A DNA stretch of 64,000 nucleotides, from NCBI RefSeq assembly GCF_006345805.1, contig NC_043010.1:58528001-58592000 (forward strand). The letters run 5' to 3'. A model generated the notes under the pieces. It did not search any database, was not told the origin of the DNA, and saw only the letters and a list, made by a program, of their open reading frames with translations. The position numbers were made by a program, and so were the translations under genes. The DNA comes from Octopus sinensis (taxonomy: Eukaryota). Within the stretch, counting starts at the first letter, position 1. The number at the start of each line of letters is the position of its first letter. Of this stretch, positions 20,880-34,152 are shown one piece after another.

Positions 20880-22520
20880 CAGAACTAAATGCAGATATAT
20901 GCATATATATATGTATATATATATTTACACAAGAAAATTAATCACCAAATGACACTGTATCACAGCAAAATGTCTGCTGCTATTCACAATATACAACAAT
21001 GTGTCTAACGAATGGCTATCATTATTAATATTATTATTATTTTGAACATTACTAATCCACACACACCACAGAAAAAAAAGATCCACTTGTATTTCTATGT
21101 CTTGTTGTCTTCACTTTGACACTAAAATATATTTTCCACAACAAATTGCTTACACAATCCCTCAAACAACCATGTCTGACATCAGAACGATATCTGCTAC
21201 TCTGTGATTATAGATTCATTATGAAGACCTCTTTCGTTAAATCGTTTCTATAAATGCTTTTAGAACATCATTTATACATTGTGATATGATAAAATGAATA
21301 GAGAAATATTAAGTAAGAAATATTTCTGGGAATATAATGATATATTGTTAGAGTGTCTGCAGGAAATCTACAAATGAAATAATCTGGCTAAAGAGAAGAG
21401 ACGGAATGTTGTGAAGACAAAATGGAGATTTCCTGTGAGAAATGAGATTTAGTGAGACAAACATTGCATCTAATTTCACCTAACCAACAACATAGGAGAC
21501 TAAAACAATAACAATTATTATAAACTCTATCAATATAGAACCAGAATATTTGTGAAATGACACTGGATTATTAAATAATCTAATAATAATAATAATAGTT
21601 AGTATTTTGCCCAGTGAAGTTGTATGTTGTGAGTAAAACATTTGCTGATATTTGTGAGTGATATAAGGGTGTTTCTCTGAATGTCCCTTTGGTTTTCTCT
21701 TGTCTCTTATATATTTTCACATGATATTAAAGAGGAAAGATGGGAAATGAAAGAAGATAGATGTAGACTTACCTCCATTGTCTCATCCATAATCAGTGTG
21801 GCAGTGTGTGAGGGAGTGTCTAGTGGTGTGTCACTCTGTGTGTGTGTGTGTGTGTGGTAGTAGAGATGTGGATCTCAGGCTGTAACTACTGCTGCTGTTG
21901 TTTCTGCTGCTGTAGTCTGCTGCACACACACACACACACACTGCTTCTACACACATACTGCAGTGATGTGTGTGTGTCATAAGAGCTGTGTATAGACTGT
22001 GTGCTGTGTAAATATACACAGTTTGTAGTTCTATGGTTTATAGTATAACAATGGAGTGTTGTGTAATGCTGGTGTGTTGTAACGATGTGTGATGTGTAGT
22101 AACTCTATCGGTTGTGTTGGGAAATAAGTGTGTTGTATATAGATATAGAATAGAGGATACGTTTATCATGTGTAGTTGTATATATATATATACACATAAG
22201 TATATATGCTTGTATTTATCTATCTGTCTAGCTAGCTAGCTATTTACATGTACATGTATATGTGAGTGTGTGTGTGTGTGCACATGCACTTATAAATATA
22301 TAAGAGAAAGAAAGACAGGGAGAAATTGTGTGAAATTAGTGAATGAGCATGTTTATGTGTATCCAAGCAGAGTAAATGTACTCAATACTTAAAGTAGAGT
22401 GTAATTATTTTACTCACACTTGCAGCTTTATGAGTCTTAACTCTAAGTGCCTAAATGACTCAAACAAATTATTGTAATTGTTTGAAGAGTCAGGAACATG
22501 GACTATTCAGTTAGAATAAA
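20880..22520 (-). promoter_or_regulatory. Conserved promoter / exon 1 / intron 1 block of gene B
   Basis: Near-identical to 8640-10260. Confidence 0.65.
21773..22140 (-). other. Protocadherin B 5'-UTR exon 1 (5' end uncertain)
   Basis: ACAATGGAG|GTAAGT donor at 21773. Confidence 0.6.
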
Positions 22521-22813
22521 TGAAAATTTAGCTTTATATACACATACATATGTATAGACATATAAATATACATACGTATGTATATATGTATGTATGTATA
22601 TATGTATGTATGTATATATATGTGTGTATGCCATCATACACATATATATATATATATGTATAAATGTGTGTGTGTATTGAATTAACCTTACATAGAGCAT
22701 AAATTTACAGAGATATACACACATATATGCATGTATGAGCATCTACAGTATATATTAGTGTATATATCTGTCAGTGCACGCCAATGTATAAATGTATAAG
22801 TCTGCATGTAACC

Positions 22814-22848
<35 letters not shown>

Positions 22849-22961
22849 ACGCGTGTCTGTGTATGTTCCTCCATAGAATGTTCCAGAATGGTTACATCCT
22901 GACTGAATATTGCAGAGTCTGTCAATGCAACAATATTTGTTTCCTTGGCAGAGATGTGGTT

Positions 22962-22985
22962 TTATTTCTTAATTCTTGTTGGTAA
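22962..22985 (-). CDS. Protocadherin C terminal coding micro-exon (LPTRIKK*)
   Basis: ttccttctccattccag|TTA CCA ACA AGA ATT AAG AAA TAA; visible as the end of track ORF 22962..23168. Confidence 0.85.
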   Translation of the reverse strand, partial: LPTRIKK

Positions 22986-23229
22986 CTGGAATGGAGAAGG
23001 AAAGATAGAGATGATGTAAGAGAGCATTGAATAAAACATGTATGACATTGTTGTCTGACAAAATGTATGACAGATGTATCGACTGAACAATGTGATAGAC
23101 ATGATAATTGAGCAAATGTATGAAAAAATATGGTTCAACCAAATGTATGACATCGTTACGTTTGACAAACATGATAAGTATTAAGTCTGATGAATGTATA
23201 ACAAAGTTGGACCAATGATTGACATATAT

Positions 23230-23449
23230 TATACCTTTCTTTCTTTACTTGTTTCAGTCATTTGACTGTGGCCATGCTGGAGCACAGCCTTTAGTCGAAT
23301 CAAATCAATCCCAGGACTTATTCTTTGTAAGCCTAGTACTTATTCCATCAGTTTTTTTTTGCCAAACCATTAAGTTATGGGGACCTAAACACACCAGCAT
23401 CAGTTGTTAAGCGATGTTGGGGGGACAAACACAGATACATAACAAATAT

Positions 23450-23494
<45 letters not shown>

Positions 23495-23495
23495 A

Positions 23496-23536
<41 letters not shown>

Positions 23537-23685
23537 TATATACGACAGGCTTCTTTCAGTTTCTGTCTACCAAATCCACTCACAAGGCTCTGGTCGGCCA
23601 GAGGCTATTGTAGAAGGTGCCACACAGTGGGACTGAACCCAGAACCATGGGGTTGGTAAGCAAGGTGTTTACCACACAGCCACTG
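23230..23685 (-). mobile_element. tRNA-derived SINE with internal (TA)n
   Basis: Minus strand shows TGGCTGTGTGG (A box-like) and GGTTCAGTCCC (B box-like); body similar to 46440-46640. Confidence 0.6.
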
Positions 23686-25234
23686 CTGCACCTACCTGAT
23701 GAACATTCTATCAGAACGATGTATAAATGATATTATACTTGACCAATTGTATGATAGACAATAAGCCCGACCGAAGGTGTGACAGACTGGCCAGAAAATG
23801 ACAGACATCATGTTTGACAATGGAGTCTAATCTCCAATGAACTGTACAAACTGTGTTTGACATACCTGTGGTTATTTTATTGATGAGGGTTGAGGGGATG
23901 GAGAAGTGTATGTGGTGGTCATTATAAGGGGTCACTATATCTTCTGGGCTCTGTTAGGGGACATCATAAGTCAAGGTTGCAAATGTTATTCTGTAAGTGT
24001 CTTTCCCAACATCCCTTACCATTTCCATTGTCACAAAGATCAAACTGATTATACTAACAATCTACATTCATTAATAACACTAATTAATAACATCCCCTAC
24101 ATTTATCCATCCATGACCAACATATTGGATCCTCTGAACATCAAACACTGCCATCACTGCATAAATATGTATCCATTGGTCTCTCTCTCACCATCAGCAA
24201 TTTAAGGTAACCGACCTCACGGCACCTGAAGATCCAGTTTGATACCTAAAGTCTACACTCTGGTCAGATTCTACCATTTCTCTTCTATGGACAACTACTG
24301 GAAATGAAAGTGGCCATGATGGTGGTTGGGTAGAGGATGTGATATTGGTGGATGGGATAATAATGGTGATATTCCTAATTCAATACATACATCAACACAC
24401 GTATACAAATGCATGCATACAATAGAATAAGTGTGTGTGTGTATTAAAATGAAAAGTTAAATTCTGGTCATAGATATATATGAATATGTGTGTGAGTATA
24501 ATTATTTCTTGAAATATCTCAAGAAAATTAGAAATCCACCTAAAGTGACACAAAAACAAAGTTTAGGGTTTTATAACAAAATATAGGTCATTGGATCACT
24601 GTATCGATAAGATTATCAAAGGATGCTACATATCACTAATCACAATGCACTTCCAATTCCTTCTTCATTGCACCATTCTTTACCATTTTCTCCCAAATTG
24701 TTCAACTAAAAGAATCCACAAAATAATACAAAACACGTCACCATCACCATCATCATCATAGTCTTCCTATTTGGTGATTCTTCTCTTGTTCTGATCAGAA
24801 GACCACATCTCACTGACACTTTTCAGTTTTTAGAACAGTCTCTGTGGTTTGATACTCTCCTTAAGGAACCACTTCACAGCATCCATTAGAAGAGTTGCTA
24901 AGTCATTGTGGAAATCAAAGAATCCTCTCCAAATTAAGTCTCTACTAATCATCCTTTCTAAATAGATTTTTTGTGACATCAACAGGAATGGTGTTGCCCG
25001 GAACCCTAAATATTGGAATGTCCCCCAATCTTTTATATCCTAATTCTTTATTCACAGCTATGAAAATGTCGATGGCAGTTGATGGAACAGAGATGCTAGG
25101 AGAACAAACGTGGTCCAAACAAGTTAATTACATACATTCATTAAAATATAAGATATACATTAATTATAAAAGATATCTAGAGACTGATATGTCTGTTAGA
25201 GAATTAAGGAAGAATTTCATAATCTCATACTTAC

Positions 25235-27656
25235 CAATATAGTATTGGGTGGACTCTTCTCCAGGGTACCCACGTTTGACCAATCAATCTGGGACTCATA
25301 CTGCGGGTAGAAATCTTCCTTACATTCCACAAATGGCATGTTTCTATTATTCATCTCAGAAGAGTACCTCACTGGGGTACCAGGAATACTGCTGCTCTGA
25401 CACGGTAAAGGTTGATCAATTCTGTTACATATAGCTGACCTATTAACACCTTTCCTAGTGCTCTTGGCAGAGCGAGACTGACCACTGCTACATTTCACAA
25501 TACACAGTGTGATCGACACTACAATCACCACAGCTACTATTACAGCTGCTACTACAAGGATAATCAATAATGGTACGTCCAGTGTTCTGTTCTTCTCTAA
25601 GTGGACAGTCGGCATTGGTGCTGATGTCTTGTTAGTGACCCTTAATGACAAAGACACAGTAGTTGTGGCTGACAACACTGGGCTTCCAGAATCCTTGACC
25701 ACAAGCACCAGTTCGTATGAGCCAGCATCGTTGAGATGAGGTGCACGCGAGAAAGACATTTGACCAGTTAAAGAGTTGAGTGTAAACAAGCGTTTATTGT
25801 TACCGTCAAGTATTCCATATTTGAGGAACGCATTTAAATGACTGTCTCTGTCAGATGCTCTAATCACAGTGATGGCATTGGTACTTTGCGGGTGGTAGTG
25901 GACATTGATATGGAAAGGGTCAGTTGTAGGGTAGATGAAATACGGATTATTGTCGTTTCTGTCTAAAACCTCAACAACAACATTCGCTGTGTTATTCAAC
26001 GACGGTTTACCATTGTCTTTGACAAAAACCTCAAACTTATACATGTCTTCTTCTTCTCTGTCCAATGGTATGTTGCTGGTAATAAAACCATAATCACTCA
26101 CCTGGAACGGTATGTTATTTCTGTCTTTACTCAACAGTGAGAACGTCAGTTGACCAGCACTTGCCAGGTCTGGGTCAGTGGCATTGATAAAACCTATAGG
26201 AAAGTTTGCTTTACCATTCTCATAGGTGAGGAAGTGGAATGTATCTTTGGTAAATTGCGGTTGCACATCATTCACATCCATTACTTGGATTGAGATCTTT
26301 CTCTCCGTCTTTAAAGCAGGGCTTCCATTGTCTTCACACACAATTCTCATGTTAAAATGGTCTAATTTTTCTCTGTCAAGTGGTTTCTTCAGAGTAATCT
26401 TGTATTCCTTTGATCCTAAATGTGAGAGGACAACTTTATCATGTTCTAATTTACAACTCACTTCTCCATTTGCTCCAAAATCATTGTCCACCACATTCAC
26501 ATAAGCTAGAAAACTGCCCACTTTTGTCCCTTCGTAAATAGCTGCAGTGCCTTCTTCAATTCAGACACAAAATTTATATCAATTTCAGGAGCATGGTTCT
26601 TTTCATTGAGAATATTCACCCGTACAATGGCAAAGGAATTTAAGGATGGATTCCCTCCATCTTTCGCCTCAACATACATCTTGAGAATATTCTTTGTTTG
26701 TGATGTTAATGGTTTTTCTACAAATAATTCCCCAGTTTGTTGGTTCAGTCTGAAATGTCTTCTTGTACGTTCTGGTGTTTTGGGACTAAAAAAATAAGAC
26801 ACTTTACCATTATTGCCAGAATCTGGGTCTTTTGCAGACAATGTCAAAATAGGGTTGTTGTTAGGATGTGTATTTTTGATGGAAATATTGTAAATATGTT
26901 GTGAAAAAACTGGTGAGTTATCATTCACATCAATTATTTTTATATGAACATGTAAAATTCCTTCTTTTGAAGGTTGCCCTCCATCATTAGCTATCACTTC
27001 TAGATTGTAACTATCTTGTATTTCTCTGTCTAGTTTGTCTCCAAGAATAATTCCTATCTTTGCCCCTCCAGTGATAGTTTTCTTCACTGACAATATAAAT
27101 GGATCACTAAATTGTTTCTTCAATTTATATGTAATTTCAGAGTTTTCCATTCCAATATCTTTGTCGAAGGCCTCGGGAATTAATCTTTCGGCTCCTTCAC
27201 GATCTTCCTCATTAAATATAATTTCTACTTCTGTTTGAGGAAACTCGGGCTGTGATCGTTAATGTCTTCTATAATTACTTTAATTTTAATAATTTTCAAA
27301 AATGTCTTCCTTCTATGTACAGCAACTTTGATAAATCTAACACACTCTGATTCGTATGTACACAGTTTCTCAGCATCCAATGTTTGAGCCGTGTACAATT
27401 TACCATCTTGTGTGACATTAAACAAATGTGAATTCCCTGTTCTTTGTCTCTGTATTTGGTTGTATGTGATGAAGTTATTTCCCACAAGAGAGTCTGTTTC
27501 TTCCATCTGTGTGTCAGCAGCAATATCCCCAACAAAAGTGAAGGGACTGCTTTCTTCTTCTACATGATAGCTCAGATCTACACAGACACAACTGTGTAGT
27601 AATAGATTGAGGACATTTGCAAGTAAGTATGTATTCCACACACAGCCTACTTCCAT
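25235..27656 (-). CDS. PCDH: Protocadherin C, large coding exon with two 1-nt deletions (recent pseudogene or consensus error)
   Basis: Three consecutive ORF pieces (27225..27659, 26506..27150, 25217..26521). A base is missing at ~27246 (ctcgggc vs ctcagggc in paralogs) and at ~26550 (gtgcctt vs gtgccctt). Exon is 2455 nt vs 2457. Confidence 0.85.
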
Positions 27657-27944
27657 CACAAAATGTTAAATCATATCTCGTGGTTTTATCTGAAATTAAA
27701 GAAGAAAATGGAATATTTTTATTGAAAAATTTCACTGAAAGTTCGAGGTTTTGGAAAGAATTTTTTGTTGAATGCAACTAAGATTTTAAGATATCGTAAA
27801 AATGAAGTAATACGTATAATGACTTTTTATGTCAAATATATATATCTGTTAACACAATATGTGTGAGCATTATACACACGTACACACACACACAAACATA
27901 CACTTATACACATACATACACATATATACATACACACACACATA

Positions 27945-28350
27945 CATTAGCAACAGCAGCTACTCCTAAATGTCTTCAAGATACTGCCCACCCATGAGGC
28001 ATGGTTGCAAAGACTATTTACAGTGCAGTCTGCAGGAATGAATGTCTTGATGTATATATCAAGGACATGTCAAACCCAGCAGGCTTTCACACATTCATAA
28101 ACAAGGAATACTGGCGGAACACAGCAATAAAAACAGCAATTCAGTGCAAACGTAACAGGCCTGATATCGTTCTGTGGGACAAGTGATAAATGTCATGCAC
28201 TGTTGTGGAGGTCAGCTGTCCAGTGGATCTGAATGTACTGCTCAAAGTCCAAGAGAAAGAGAACAGTTATGATGAATTAATGCAGAACTTACTGCTCTTG
28301 TATTCTGGCTTTAAATTCTCTTTCGTACTTAACCTCATAGATGCATAATG
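27945..28350 (+). mobile_element. RLE-type LINE 3' relic
   Basis: Degenerate ..VAKTIY..NRPDIVLWDK..CTVVEVSCP segments; homologous to 40540-41120 and 17800-19113. Confidence 0.6.
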
Positions 28351-28355
28351 CTATT

Positions 28356-28887
28356 TACGCGGTTAAGTAAAAAAATAATGCCATTTTGTTTAGAACAGAT
28401 ATAATTACCAACACAGGAACATGTATCATACATCAAAATGAAGCTGGTCCTCTGTGGATCACATCCCTACTTCTCAACATAGTCACTGTTTCTCTCAATA
28501 GCAATGTTCCACCTTTGAATGAGAGCATGTATCCCTGCCCCGTAGAATTCTCTTGACTGTTCTTTGAGCCACTTCTTCACCACAGTTTTCACTTCCTCGT
28601 CACTGGGATAATGTTTGCCTCTCAAACCCTCTTTCATGGGGCCAAAGAGATGATAGTCTAATGATGAGGAAGGGAAAACTGTAGTGAAGAAGTGGCGCAA
28701 AGAACAGTCAACAGACTTTTACGGGACAGGGATACATGCTCTCATTCGAAGGTGGAACATTGCTATTGAGAGAAACAGTGACTATGCACAGAGGACCAGC
28801 TTCATTTTGATGTATGATACATGTTCTTGTGTTAGTAAGTATATCTGTCCTAAACAAAATGACATTACTTTTTGACTCACCCTCATA
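28356..28887. mobile_element. Mariner-derived fold-back (palindromic) non-autonomous element
   Basis: The left arm 28356-~28602 is the reverse complement of the right arm ~28661-28887. Both carry the transposase C-terminus (HLFGPMKEGLRGKHY..DEEVKTVVKKWL..QRWNIAIERNSDY). Ends resemble a TA(C/T)GAGGG-type TIR. Confidence 0.8.
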
Positions 28888-29861
28888 CTTACAATGAAAG
28901 TTTGTAAGTCACTTCAAAAGTTCTCCATTTGAGACTCTTTAGGTGAATAGATGCACACACTTGGGTACGTGCATCCATAGGTCAACCAGCACAGAACTCA
29001 ACTGTATATTTACATATACAGGAAACTCTACTGAGTCAACGAGTCTGATCTCTTTGTTAGGGGCTGGTTTGAATTCCCTTCAGAAGAACTTAGATAAAAC
29101 TCAAAGAAATACATTCATACATGCATACACACACACATATATATATATATATGGATGTGAGAGAGAGAGAGAGAGACCATGAGAGAGAAAGATTCCATAA
29201 CTCTCTAAAACAAAAATATTCAGCAACCGGCTTGATATATTCTTGAACAGACTAATAATAAAGAAAATAGCATTTAACTGCATATCAATAATGTGACAGA
29301 AAGGATCAAGAATCTATGGTTAGTATAAATGCATCTACAAGTATATCTAAGTGTACTTTATTCTGGGGCAACGTTCACTAAATTCTGTTGTATCAAGTGA
29401 AGAGAACAACACGTGGATATTACAAATGACACTACTGTACTTATTAAAAATTAAAATGATACATACACTTAAAGAGAGATATTAATATAGTCATGCGGTT
29501 TCTTTTTTTAAAAAAAGGAAATTGGTCTTTATTGAGGATTTTGGACATGTTCTTAGTAGTTTTGAGTATCTTCAAAAAATGTCAAGATGGCCACGGGAGG
29601 TAACTGCATTTATGGGGTATACAATATTTAATTATCTCCCTTATTTTAGTAAACTCTGGAGAGGCCATATTCAAATATGATGATATGGTTTGTAACCTCG
29701 TGGCACCATTACATGACTTCTGAAAAATATGGATATCTTTTACCACTTCCTTCTATTAAACTCTCCATGAATTGACAGAACTCTTGATATTTAATGCTAG
29801 ATACAGTAATGATTATCTTTATTCTATTTCATACCACATCAGTGTCATGTGAGGATGGCAA

Positions 29862-29894
<33 letters not shown>

Positions 29895-30679
29895 TTCTCT
29901 CTTTCCCTGTACCTGTATAAACTTCAAAGTGGAATCTATACAGTCTTAGAGATAAATAATGTTGCTTTGTTTTTTTAACTAAAATCCAAATTAAAATTTA
30001 GTTTGGCTTTATAATAAGTTTGCTTCTGGGTTCAATCCCACTGCATGGCACCATGGGTAAGTGTCTTCTTCCATAGCCTCAGGCTGACCAAAGCCTTGCC
30101 AATGAATTTTGCAGACAGAAACTGAAAGAAACCTGTCATATCTTCATATATATGGTGGTTGTCTACTCCTCATGCAGAGTTTTACCATCTCCCGTACCTA
30201 CACATTAGAACCATCATGGCACTCTAATGTGGCTTTTTCAACCAGACAATGTTCTGAAAAGACACCCACATAGATTGCATATGGACCACCAAGAGCTGCA
30301 GTTAAGTTCTGATCTTTGTGGATCTTAAAATGTCTTTTGAGGCCTTCGTTAGATTTACAGACCTTATGACATACATTGATGACCAGAAGTGGGAGCTAAC
30401 TCTCATTCTTTATGTCCAGTTCGTTTCACCCTCCATACTTTAAAGGGGTCATACGCCAACAAGTCTTAGGGTCTGATAATATGCCATAAAGATACTCTTT
30501 ATGCTGAGTAACCAAGGGTAACCCTTTAAACAGGTCTTCACCAGTAATAAATATAGATCGCTCTACATCTTAGAGTGTACTTCTCTGTTTTTATGGTTTT
30601 CTAAACAAACATATGATTATATATATTATATATGAGAAATTTTGCATACATTGATTTTAGTTTTTCTTATCAATGATTG

Positions 30680-31777
30680 CATTGATTCCTTCCAGGTAAA
30701 CTGACATCTGACTGTTCAAAGAAGACTTCAAATGCAACTAAATTGAGAAAATTTGGCATTTATACTGACATGGTTGCTACACACCATCTTTATTGACAGT
30801 GCTCACCTGAGTTCCAGAGAGGAAGGAGGTATCTTGAAGATACCCCAAGTTCTGGACGTCCTGCAATTGCAACCACCAAGGAAAACATTGATCATGTTCA
30901 CCACATGATGACAGATGACAGGTGATTGACTATAAATCAAATAGCCAATGTTATTGGAACATCTTATGAGAAAGTTAAGAATATTTTGCGCATTGAATTC
31001 AATATGACAAAGGTTTCTGCTCAGTGGCTGCCATGTCTTCTGACACCTGATAAAAAAGTGCCCCAGGCTGTTCACATCAAGGATAAATCAAGCATTGTTT
31101 AAGGCAGCTCCAGCTGGTTTCCTTGAACATTTCCTAACTCAGGATGAGTGTTGGCTTCATCACTTTGAGCCGGAGACAATCCATGCAATGGAAACACCCT
31201 CCACACCTGCTCCAAAGAAAGCCAAGATTATTTCGTCTGCAAAGAAGGTAATGGTTTCAATATTTTGGGTTACAAAAGTCATTGTTTATTGACTGTCTTC
31301 AAAAGGGTCACACCATCGAGTGAACTATGCCAAATTGCTGGGGGTAGTTACGAAAGGCTATCAAGACCAAATGACCAGGAAAACAGATAAAAAGTGTCTT
31401 TTTTTGATCAGGTCAATGTTCCAGCACACAAGTCCTTGCTTCCAGTAGCTGTAGTGGACAACTGTGGATTTGAACTGGCTGACCACCCTCCCTCTTTTCT
31501 TGATTTGGCCCCATCCAACTAACATCTGTTCACCAATATGAAAAAATACCTGGATGGGAAACAGTCTCAGCATCATGATGACTTCATATCTACTGTTGCT
31601 GAAGTATTTGACCAAAAAGATCAAAGCTTTTTCCCCAATTAGGATCCAAGTACTGCAATACCAATGGAAGAGGTGTGTGGGATGCAAGTGGGAGTCTGTT
31701 AAGAATGAACTTCATTTAGTTACATTCCATGAGAGTATACTCGTCAAACTCCGAAACTTTCGACCAATCCTCATGTA
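30680..31777 (+). mobile_element. Mariner transposase remnant
   Basis: Degenerate motifs LTQDECWLHHFEPET, KVMVSIFW and ..HPPSFLDLAPSN.., with frameshifts and stops; TIR-like end ...ccaatcctcatgta. Confidence 0.8.
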
Positions 31778-32617
31778 TGTATGTGTGTGTGTGTAGATAT
31801 GTATATATATATATACAATAATAGATAAGGGCAAAAAACAGATTTCTATGTCAATATGCTGGGAATAGACTTTAGATCGTCCATCACCACATACAATATA
31901 CATCACTATGAATACACATCATGCTGAAATCATAGTGGATGTATATTGTATGTGGTGATTGACGATTTAAAGTCTATTTTCCGTATATTGGAATAGAAAT
32001 CTTTTTTCTTTTGCCCTTGTTTATAATTGTTTATAATTTTCACCTTTAAAGGTATTTGAATATGTTGGCCACTTTAATGAAATTTTTTGGGGAAAAAAAT
32101 TTTATCCTATACTAAAAGTATATAATATACATACATTATATATATATATGTGTGTGTGTGTCTGTGTGTGTATCCATTACTTCTAGACAACTGATGTTGG
32201 TGTGTTTATGACCCTATGTTTTAGCAGCTTGACAAAACAGAACTTTTCTTTAAGGCCTGCTACCAGGTTTAAGAAAAGTTGCACTGGTGTCAGTTCGTTC
32301 AACTAAAATCCTTTAAGACAGTGCTGTGTCCTAATATGGCTGTAATCTAATGAGTGAAACAAATAATAGATAAAAGATATTACATACCATGATGTTTTTT
32401 TAGCATGATATTGTGTGATATGGTGTGATATATGACTGAATATCACATCATTAATAAGATGAAATATCCATCATCAACATGAAAGTAAAAATAAAACTAT
32501 AATTTCCTCTACATTTCAAGAATTGAACAATTTCAAGCAATATTTTTTAAAAGAAGGAAAACTGATTTAATACTTAATTCTCAGTAAAATTTCTCTCCAG
32601 AAATCAGAAAAACTTAC

Positions 32618-32786
32618 CAAAAGTAGGAATGCTTCAACATCCAAATTAAAAGATTGGATTTCTTCAAGTTAATAACTTAAAGTCATCCCATTTTGGTGAG
32701 TACAGAAAAATCTGTCAGTTGTTCCCTGTATCCAATAGCAACAGAGCTGGGCTTCAGTGTGTAAGTCCCTTCCAATAGGAGTGACA
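32618..32786 (-). other. Protocadherin C 5'-UTR exon 2
   Basis: Homologous 169-nt island with AG/GT boundaries. Confidence 0.7.
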
Positions 32787-32977
32787 CTAAAATATATTGA
32801 AAGATAACAACAATATTATATTCCATGTTATAGAAATCAGAAAAATACACAGAGAGAGAAAGAGAGAGTTTTGTCAGTAATTGATCTGTGACAATTTTCA
32901 TTGACCCTGATGCTTAGATGAAAGATGAAGAAAGTGGATGATGAATATTATATATACAGTTGTATATATATACATAC

Positions 32978-33040
<63 letters not shown>

Positions 33041-33057
33041 TATATATATACACAGTA

Positions 33058-33365
33058 AAAGATCTCATTGATGTAGCTGTGGGCAAAATAGCATTTACAC
33101 TCAATGCTAAACACTTAATACAGTAAATATACACTGGTTTATATCTTATGTTACATAAATTTGTTAACATAACATTAGATATAAACCATGTATCGTCATC
33201 ATCATCATCATCATTTAGCATCCATTTGCCATGCTGGTATGGCTTGCACAATTTGAATGGAAGTGGTAAGCCAGAATGCTGTCCTGGGCTCCAGTCTGGT
33301 TTGGTCTCATTTCTATAGCTAGATGCCCTTCCTAAGGCCAACTTTATGAGTCAGCGACACTGGCC

Positions 33366-33429
<64 letters not shown>

Positions 33430-33746
33430 TATATATATATAAAAGATCTCATTGATGTAGCTGTGGGCAAAATAGCATTTACACTCAATGCTAAACACTT
33501 AATACAGTAAATATACACTGGTTTATATCTTATGTTACATAAATTTGTTAACATAACATTAGATATAAACCATGTATCGTCATCATCATCATCATCATTT
33601 AGCATCCATTTGCCATGCTGGTATGGCTTGCACAATTTGAATGGAAGTGGTAAGCCAGAATGCTGTCCTGGGCTCCAGTCTGGTTTGGTCTCATTTCTAT
33701 AGCTAGATGCCCTTCCTAAGGCCAACTTTATGAGTCAGCGACACTG

Positions 33747-33750
<4 letters not shown>
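33058..33750. repeat. Local ~384-bp direct tandem duplication separated by (TA)n
   Basis: gatctcattgatgtagc starts at 33061 and 33445; the copies look identical by eye. Confidence 0.85.
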
Positions 33751-33795
<45 letters not shown>

Positions 33796-34079
33796 ATTTA
33801 GTAAATATACACCTTCAAATAAACAATAACCTCTAAATATATACCTCGTTATTCACAAAAGAATCTATAATCAATGAACGATAAAGATGAGTGTATATAA
33901 AAAATTTTATCATCAAAAGATAAGAGAATGGAAATGAATCAACAAGCAAGATTTCTCATCATTATATAGCCATAATTAGAAATATATACACCAGTGATTA
34001 TAAACTAAATTAACAATATACAACATATTGCTCATGCTAAAATGTTAATATATACACTGAACAATATCTTAAACAATAA

Positions 34080-34099
34080 ATACCAACAGAACCAAGCAC

Positions 34100-34152
<53 letters not shown>

